Of a stretch of DNA of 64,000 nt, positions 59,628-64,000 are shown one piece after another; position 1 is the stretch's first letter; each line of letters starts with the position of its first letter. The position numbers and the translations under genes are program-made. The notes beneath the pieces are model-generated. The model did not search any database. It was not told the DNA's origin and saw only the letters and a program-made list of their open reading frames with translations. The stretch comes from an uncultured Chloroflexia bacterium (GTDB taxonomy: Bacteria; Chloroflexota; Limnocylindria; Limnocylindrales; CSP1-4), in NCBI GenBank assembly GCA_963731865.1, contig CAVSXG010000002.1, positions 612,057 through 676,056 of the forward strand, in the 5' to 3' direction.

Positions 59628-61146
59628 TCATCGCGGGTCCGCGGAGGCCGGGATCTCGCCACGGGCGACCCGGAGGGACAACTTCGATCCCGGCGGCGCA
59701 TCGTCGGGATCACGGACGATCGCGCCGTTCCCCGCCAGCCGAACGATGGCGTAACCACGCTCCAGGGTCGCCTGCGGCCCGAGGACGCCAAGTGCCGCGG
59801 TCGCGCTGCCGAGCGACCGGCGACCGGTGTTCAGCCGCGTGACGATGAGCGGATCCATGACGACGGCTTGACCCAGCCGGACCCGGTCGCGCGCCAGCCG
59901 TGACGGCAGCGTTGGTGCCAGGCGGCGACCGAGTCGTTCGACCGCCCCCTGGTGAGAGCCGACCCGCTCACGCGTCGCCCTCGTAGCTCGATCGAGCAGC
60001 AGCCCGACGCGCTCCCGCGCCATCGTGAGCTGCACGGCGGGACTCAGTCGATCAAGGGCGCGACGTTCCGCCGCGATCTCACGGACCGTGGCCCGAACGC
60101 GCGACGTGGCTGCGCCGTCGAGCCTGCGTCCAAGCGATGCAATCGCGGCCGCGTGTTCGGCACGATCCGGAACGACGATCTCGGCCGCGGCCGACGGCGT
60201 CGGTGCCCGGACGTCGGCGGCGAAGTCGGAGAGCGTGACGTCGGTCTCGTGGCCAACCCCGCAGACGACGGGCAGGGTGTGCGCAACGATGGCTCGGACG
60301 ACGGCCTCGTCGTTGAACGCCCAGAGATCCTCCAGCGATCCCCCACCCCGGGCCAGGATCGTGAGCACCGGGGCATCGTCGGCTCGCCCGGCTGCGATCT
60401 GCGCGGCGGCATAGCGCTCGACCTTGCGGAGGGCGCCGACCAGGCTGCCCGGGGCGGCATCGCCCTGGACCTGCGCCGCGACGAGCACGACCCTCGTCAG
60501 CGGCCAGCGCCGCGACAGAACATGGCAGATGTCCTTCCAGACCGCGCCGCTGGGGCTCGTGATCACGGCGATCGTCCGTGGACGGCTCGGCAGACGGCGT
60601 TTGCGCTCCGTGGCAAAGAGACCTTCCGCCGCCAGCCGGGCCTTGAGCGCCTCGAACCGCAGCGTGAGATCGCCGAGCCCGGACGGCTGGATCGAATTCG
60701 ACGTAGAGCTGGAGCGCGCCCTGTGGCTCGAACAAGTCGATCCGGCCGTGCGCCACGACACGCAGCCCAGCCTGGGCCTCGAATGCCGAGCGTTGCCGAT
60801 CGTCGCGGAACCAGACGCACTGGAGCTGGTTCCGGTCGTCCTTGAGCGCGAAATAGGCATGGCCGGCCGACGAGATCGTGACCCGCCCGATCTCGCCTTC
60901 CACCCAGAGGTCCGAGAGTTGCGGGTCGGTGCGCACAGCGCCCCGGATCGCTCGCGTGACCTCGCTGACGGCGAGGATTCGGACCCCGAAGGTGCCCGGA
61001 GCGGCGAGGGATCCGGGCGAGGACCCCGCGGGGGGACCCGGTGGGATCGTCGCCCGGCCAACGGGTCTCTGTGACGCCTCGCCCGGCTCTGCCGGGAGCG
61101 AATCCCAGCTTGGCAGCGCCCAATCAGGTGGTTCGTTACCGCTCAT
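59628..61146 (-). pseudogene. xseA: Exodeoxyribonuclease VII large subunit, apparent frameshift
   Basis: OB-fold N-terminus ...LSDLWVEGEIGRVTISSAGHAYFALKD...LQLYVEF in the 61146 frame. Remainder QPSGLGDLTLRFEALKARLAAEGLF... in the 61061 frame. Junction ~60690-60700. Confidence 0.75.
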
Positions 61147-61184
61147 TCGTTCGTCGCCTTGATCCCGCGATCGACATCAGGCAC

Positions 61185-61742
61185 CTAGAGTCGGGTCTGG
61201 TAGTCCCCCGTCCGGGTGTCGACCCGGATCACGTCCCCGGTCTCCACGAAGATCGGGACCTGGACCACGAGGCCCGTCTCCGTCGTTGCCGGCTTGCGCG
61301 CGCCGGTCTGGGTGTCGCCGGCGAACCCGGGCTCGGTGTCGACGACGGCGAGGTCGACCGTCACCGGGAGCTCCACGCCGATCGTCTCGCCCTGGTAGCT
61401 GGTCCGGTCGAGGGTCATGCCATCCTTCAGGTACAGCGCCGTATCGCCGAGCTGCTCGGTCGTCAGGACGAACTGGTCATACGTGTCGTTGTCCATGAAA
61501 TGGTGATCGAGGCCGTCGCGATACAGGAACTGGACCGGGCGTTTCTCCATCGATGCCCGCGGCCACTTCGTCCCCGCCTGGAACGAGCGCTCGACGGTCT
61601 GGCCGCGCTTGATGTTGCGGAGCGTGATCCGAACCTGGGCCGAACCGCGGCCCATCTTGATGTGGTGGTAATCGAGGATCTGCCAGAGATCGCCGTCGAG
61701 CTCGATGGCGACGCCCTTCTTCAGTTCGCCGGTGCTGATCAT
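61185..61742 (-). CDS. efp: Elongation factor P
   Basis: MISTGELKKGVAIELDGDLWQILDYHHIKMGRGSAQVRITLRNIKRGQ with the conserved KPG-loop lysine region. 185 aa. Confidence 0.9.
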   Translation of the reverse strand: MISTGELKKGVAIELDGDLWQILDYHHIKMGRGSAQVRITLRNIKRGQTVERSFQAGTKWPRASMEKRPVQFLYRDGLDHHFMDNDTYDQFVLTTEQLGDTALYLKDGMTLDRTSYQGETIGVELPVTVDLAVVDTEPGFAGDTQTGARKPATTETGLVVQVPIFVETGDVIRVDTRTGDYQTRL

Positions 61743-61861
61743 CGGGTGGGGCTCCTGGATTGACGGCCGGCGGCTCGGGTTGCTCGGGGCACGCGCACCG
61801 GCGGATCGGTCGACAAGGGTTTGAACCTCGATTGTATCCGACGCCCAGCGCACTCCCGCGA

Positions 61862-62449
61862 TCAGCCGCCCGCGTATTCCCAGCTGCTGGTCAGGGTCGT
61901 CCCGTCGTTGTACGAGACGATGGTGTCGCCCGCGCCCTCGTCGTTGGTGCACGGCACTCGCGTGCAACGGACCAGGATGCCGATCACCGCGGCGTTGCTG
62001 AGCTCGCCAAAGGCGGTCTCGGCCATCGTGCGGCACATCGACACGGGGACACCCTGGCATTTGGGCTCAACCGGCACGCCGGGCTCCGCGTCGGGCGGGA
62101 CCGCCGGCGCGGGCAGGGGCTTCACACCGCCCGCTCCGGGCTCCCCGGGCTCCGACCACGAGATGGTCGATGATCGAAGCTGACTGCCGTCGACGAGGGT
62201 CACGACCGTGTCCATCGCGCCCGATTGGTCGGTGCAGTTGCCGGCCACGCAGAGGACCTCGATCTTGGCCACGGGCGTGTTCGGGAGCGACCGGGCGACC
62301 GACGCGAGCGCCTCGTCGCACCGGGAGGCCGGGACGGTGTCGCATGTGACGGTCGGTGAGGCGGGTGGTCCGCTTGGTGTGGGCGCGCCACAGCCAGCGA
62401 TCGCGAGGACCGCGAGGACGGCGAGCCGCCGAAGGTCAGTCGTCCCCAC
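61862..62449 (-). CDS. Hypothetical Cys-rich lipoprotein with internal duplication
   Basis: Lipobox LAIAGCGA. Two related halves, each with CxxxxxxxC / C..NC patterns. Confidence 0.45.
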   Translation of the reverse strand: MGTTDLRRLAVLAVLAIAGCGAPTPSGPPASPTVTCDTVPASRCDEALASVARSLPNTPVAKIEVLCVAGNCTDQSGAMDTVVTLVDGSQLRSSTISWSEPGEPGAGGVKPLPAPAVPPDAEPGVPVEPKCQGVPVSMCRTMAETAFGELSNAAVIGILVRCTRVPCTNDEGAGDTIVSYNDGTTLTSSWEYAGG

Positions 62450-62533
62450 CGCGCAAGGTCCGGATGGGGACCGTGTATTCGATCGGAAGGATGTCCATGG
62501 TCGTCTCAGCGTACCGGGCGACCATCGGCCATG

Positions 62534-63766
62534 TCAGCCGCCGACGATGACAATATCGCTGGGAAACCGGGTCAGGCGCTCGACGCGTCCGGCGGCGACA
62601 TCGAGGGCGACCAGGTCCTCGATCCTGACGCCCATCTCCCCGTCGAGATAGACGCCAGGCTCGACCGAGAACACCGTCGGGCTCGGCAGGGGGGCCTCGC
62701 TTGCCGTCTTCCCCAGTAGCGGCAGCTCATGGGTGGCGAGCCCGATTCCATGCCCCGTGCCGTGACCGAAGTGGTCGCCATGACCGGCATCGACGATGAC
62801 CTGGCGGGCGATCGCATCGATGGCGCGGCCGCTCGGCAACTGGCCGTTGGACGTTGTCCTGTGCCCGTCGACGGCAGCCTCGACGGCGTCGATCGCCGCG
62901 GCCTGGGCGCGAGCCACGAGCTCATAGATCTCCAGGTCGCGTGGGCTCGGTTCGCCCACGAACAGGGTCCGGGTCATGTCGCTTCGATACCCGGCGACCT
63001 GGGCTCCGAAGTCGAACAGCAGCACGTGCCCGTCGCGCACCGGTCGGTCACTCGGCGACCCGTGGGGCAGCGCAGCCTCCGGGCCGGCGAGGCAAGCGAC
63101 GTCAAACGCGAGCGCCTCCGCTCCCCCGGTCCGCATCAGCCATTCGAGCCGGAGCGCGAGCTCGCCTTCCGTGACGTCCGGCTTGATCTCCGGCAGCATG
63201 GCTGCCAGTGCGCGGTCGGCGACGGCACATGCGGCGGCGACGCGTTCGAGCTCGGCTGGCTCCTTGACCGCGCGGTCGGCCTCGATCCAGCCCTCCACGG
63301 GCACGAGCTCCACGCCCGGTGCGGCAGCACGAAGACGCTCCCACATGGCGTGCGATACGAAGCCGGCTTCCACGGCCAGGCGGCGTGCGCCGACCGATTC
63401 GACAAGATCCGGCCAGCGATCGATCAGGTTGTTGTACACGTCGACCAGCCTGGCGTCGGGCGCCTCGCGGCGGGCCTGGATCGAGTAGCGCGAGTCCGCC
63501 AGGATCGCGACCTCATCTCCACTGACGAGGAACTGGCCCGAGTGGGCCGCCGATTTCTCCTCGCCCTCGGCGAGAGTGAACCCGGTGAGATAACGCATGT
63601 GCTCGCGGCGAACCCCGAAGTACGCCTCGACGTTGGCTTCGACAAGGCGGGCTCGCAATCGTTGCAGACGCTGCGGCCGGGCTGCCCGATCGGCGTCACT
63701 CCAGGACGCGATCTGCCCGGACGTGGGTGGCGCGGCGAAATCGGCCGGGACGGGCGTGTCGCTCAC
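62534..63766 (-). CDS. pepP: Xaa-Pro aminopeptidase (M24 family)
   Basis: Creatinase N-domain plus M24 metal ligands (DFGAQVAGYRSD...HGTGHGIGLATHE...VEPGVY...RIED). Confidence 0.85.
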   Translation of the reverse strand: MSDTPVPADFAAPPTSGQIASWSDADRAARPQRLQRLRARLVEANVEAYFGVRREHMRYLTGFTLAEGEEKSAAHSGQFLVSGDEVAILADSRYSIQARREAPDARLVDVYNNLIDRWPDLVESVGARRLAVEAGFVSHAMWERLRAAAPGVELVPVEGWIEADRAVKEPAELERVAAACAVADRALAAMLPEIKPDVTEGELALRLEWLMRTGGAEALAFDVACLAGPEAALPHGSPSDRPVRDGHVLLFDFGAQVAGYRSDMTRTLFVGEPSPRDLEIYELVARAQAAAIDAVEAAVDGHRTTSNGQLPSGRAIDAIARQVIVDAGHGDHFGHGTGHGIGLATHELPLLGKTASEAPLPSPTVFSVEPGVYLDGEMGVRIEDLVALDVAAGRVERLTRFPSDIVIVGG

Positions 63767-64000
63767 TGGATGTAGCCGTACTTCCGCCGGTTCTCGTCGT
63801 GTTCGGCCTTGGTCTTGGCAAAGGCGTGCGCGCCGCCGCCTTCCGGGATCGCAAGGAAGTAGATGAATGCATCTGCGGTATCCGGCTCGAGCGCGGCGTC
63901 GAGGGAAGGCAGGCTCGGCGTGCAGATCGGCCAGGGGATGAGCCCGGCGGTCTGGTAGGTCTGGAAACCCTGGAGCGCCTCGGGCACGGAGACTTCGGCA
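63763..64000 (-). CDS. Hypothetical protein, C-terminal part only; the ORF is open to the right edge
   Basis: No in-frame stop upstream of the listed start; the sequence ends ...AEHDENRRKYGYIQ*. Family not recognised. Confidence 0.3.
   Translation of the reverse strand, partial: AEVSVPEALQGFQTYQTAGLIPWPICTPSLPSLDAALEPDTADAFIYFLAIPEGGGAHAFAKTKAEHDENRRKYGYIQ

Noticed and set aside
1-64000. CRISPR arrays, rRNA genes, IS elements or transposases.
   Set aside because: No regularly spaced direct repeats with unique spacers, no rRNA-like conserved stretches, and no DDE/tyrosine transposase apart from xerD (a chromosomal dimer resolvase in conserved context) were found.
63763-64000. Possible AroQ (type II dehydroquinase) C-terminus expected upstream of pepP by analogy with mycobacterial synteny.
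   Set aside because: The translated C-terminus (...FIYFLAIPEGGGAHAFAKTKAEHDENRRKYGYIQ) does not match AroQ; left as an unidentified partial CDS.

Overview
The window is a roughly 70% GC chromosomal segment with actinobacterial-type gene content and synteny. Gene density is high and most genes lie on the minus strand. Calls come from reading the six-frame translations for family-defining motifs; no database search was run.

Left third (1-21500): amidohydrolase (partial), L-asparaginase, an MFS transporter, a translationally coupled envelope operon (family-5 solute-binding lipoprotein, HExxH metallopeptidase, two DUF881 proteins), divergent cysS, a GT2 glycosyltransferase, nucleoside 2-deoxyribosyltransferase, a SnoaL-like/class III nucleotidyl cyclase fusion, tRNA-Arg(CCT), a thiol-disulfide module (glutaredoxin-like, CcdA, TlpA/ResA-like), an MBL hydrolase, dcd with nrdR, and an acyl-CoA dehydrogenase followed by etfB and etfA.

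Middle (21500-32200): an EtfD-like membrane Fe-S oxidoreductase, a Moco cluster (mogA/moaB, moaC, moeA), a group II PLP decarboxylase with an ATGA-coupled small protein, and a stand-alone response regulator next to a hybrid histidine kinase carrying two receiver domains.

32500-42400: an accessory-looking stretch with a VWA plus two FN3 transmembrane protein, a J-domain protein, a secreted protein with a TP-repeat linker, three small zinc-ribbon proteins, a cupredoxin lipoprotein and several small hypothetical ORFs with atypical codons. It ends at tRNA-Pro(GGG).

Right third (42400-64000): a conserved housekeeping block of gpsA, der, ispH, plsC, cmk, rluB, scpB, scpA, an HD protein, an M50 site-2 protease, a PH/SHOCT protein, xerD, recN, nadK, tlyA, dxs, xseB, xseA, efp, a Cys-rich lipoprotein and pepP.

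The most striking feature is at least 15 genes with the N- and C-terminal halves in different frames, each explained by a single-nucleotide indel. Most junctions checked fall at CCCGG/CCGGG or short C-runs. This is either a systematic assembly/base-calling artefact, possibly methylation-linked, or pervasive pseudogenisation. It is densest between 22.9 and 32.2 kb. No CRISPR array, rRNA or recognisable transposase was seen.
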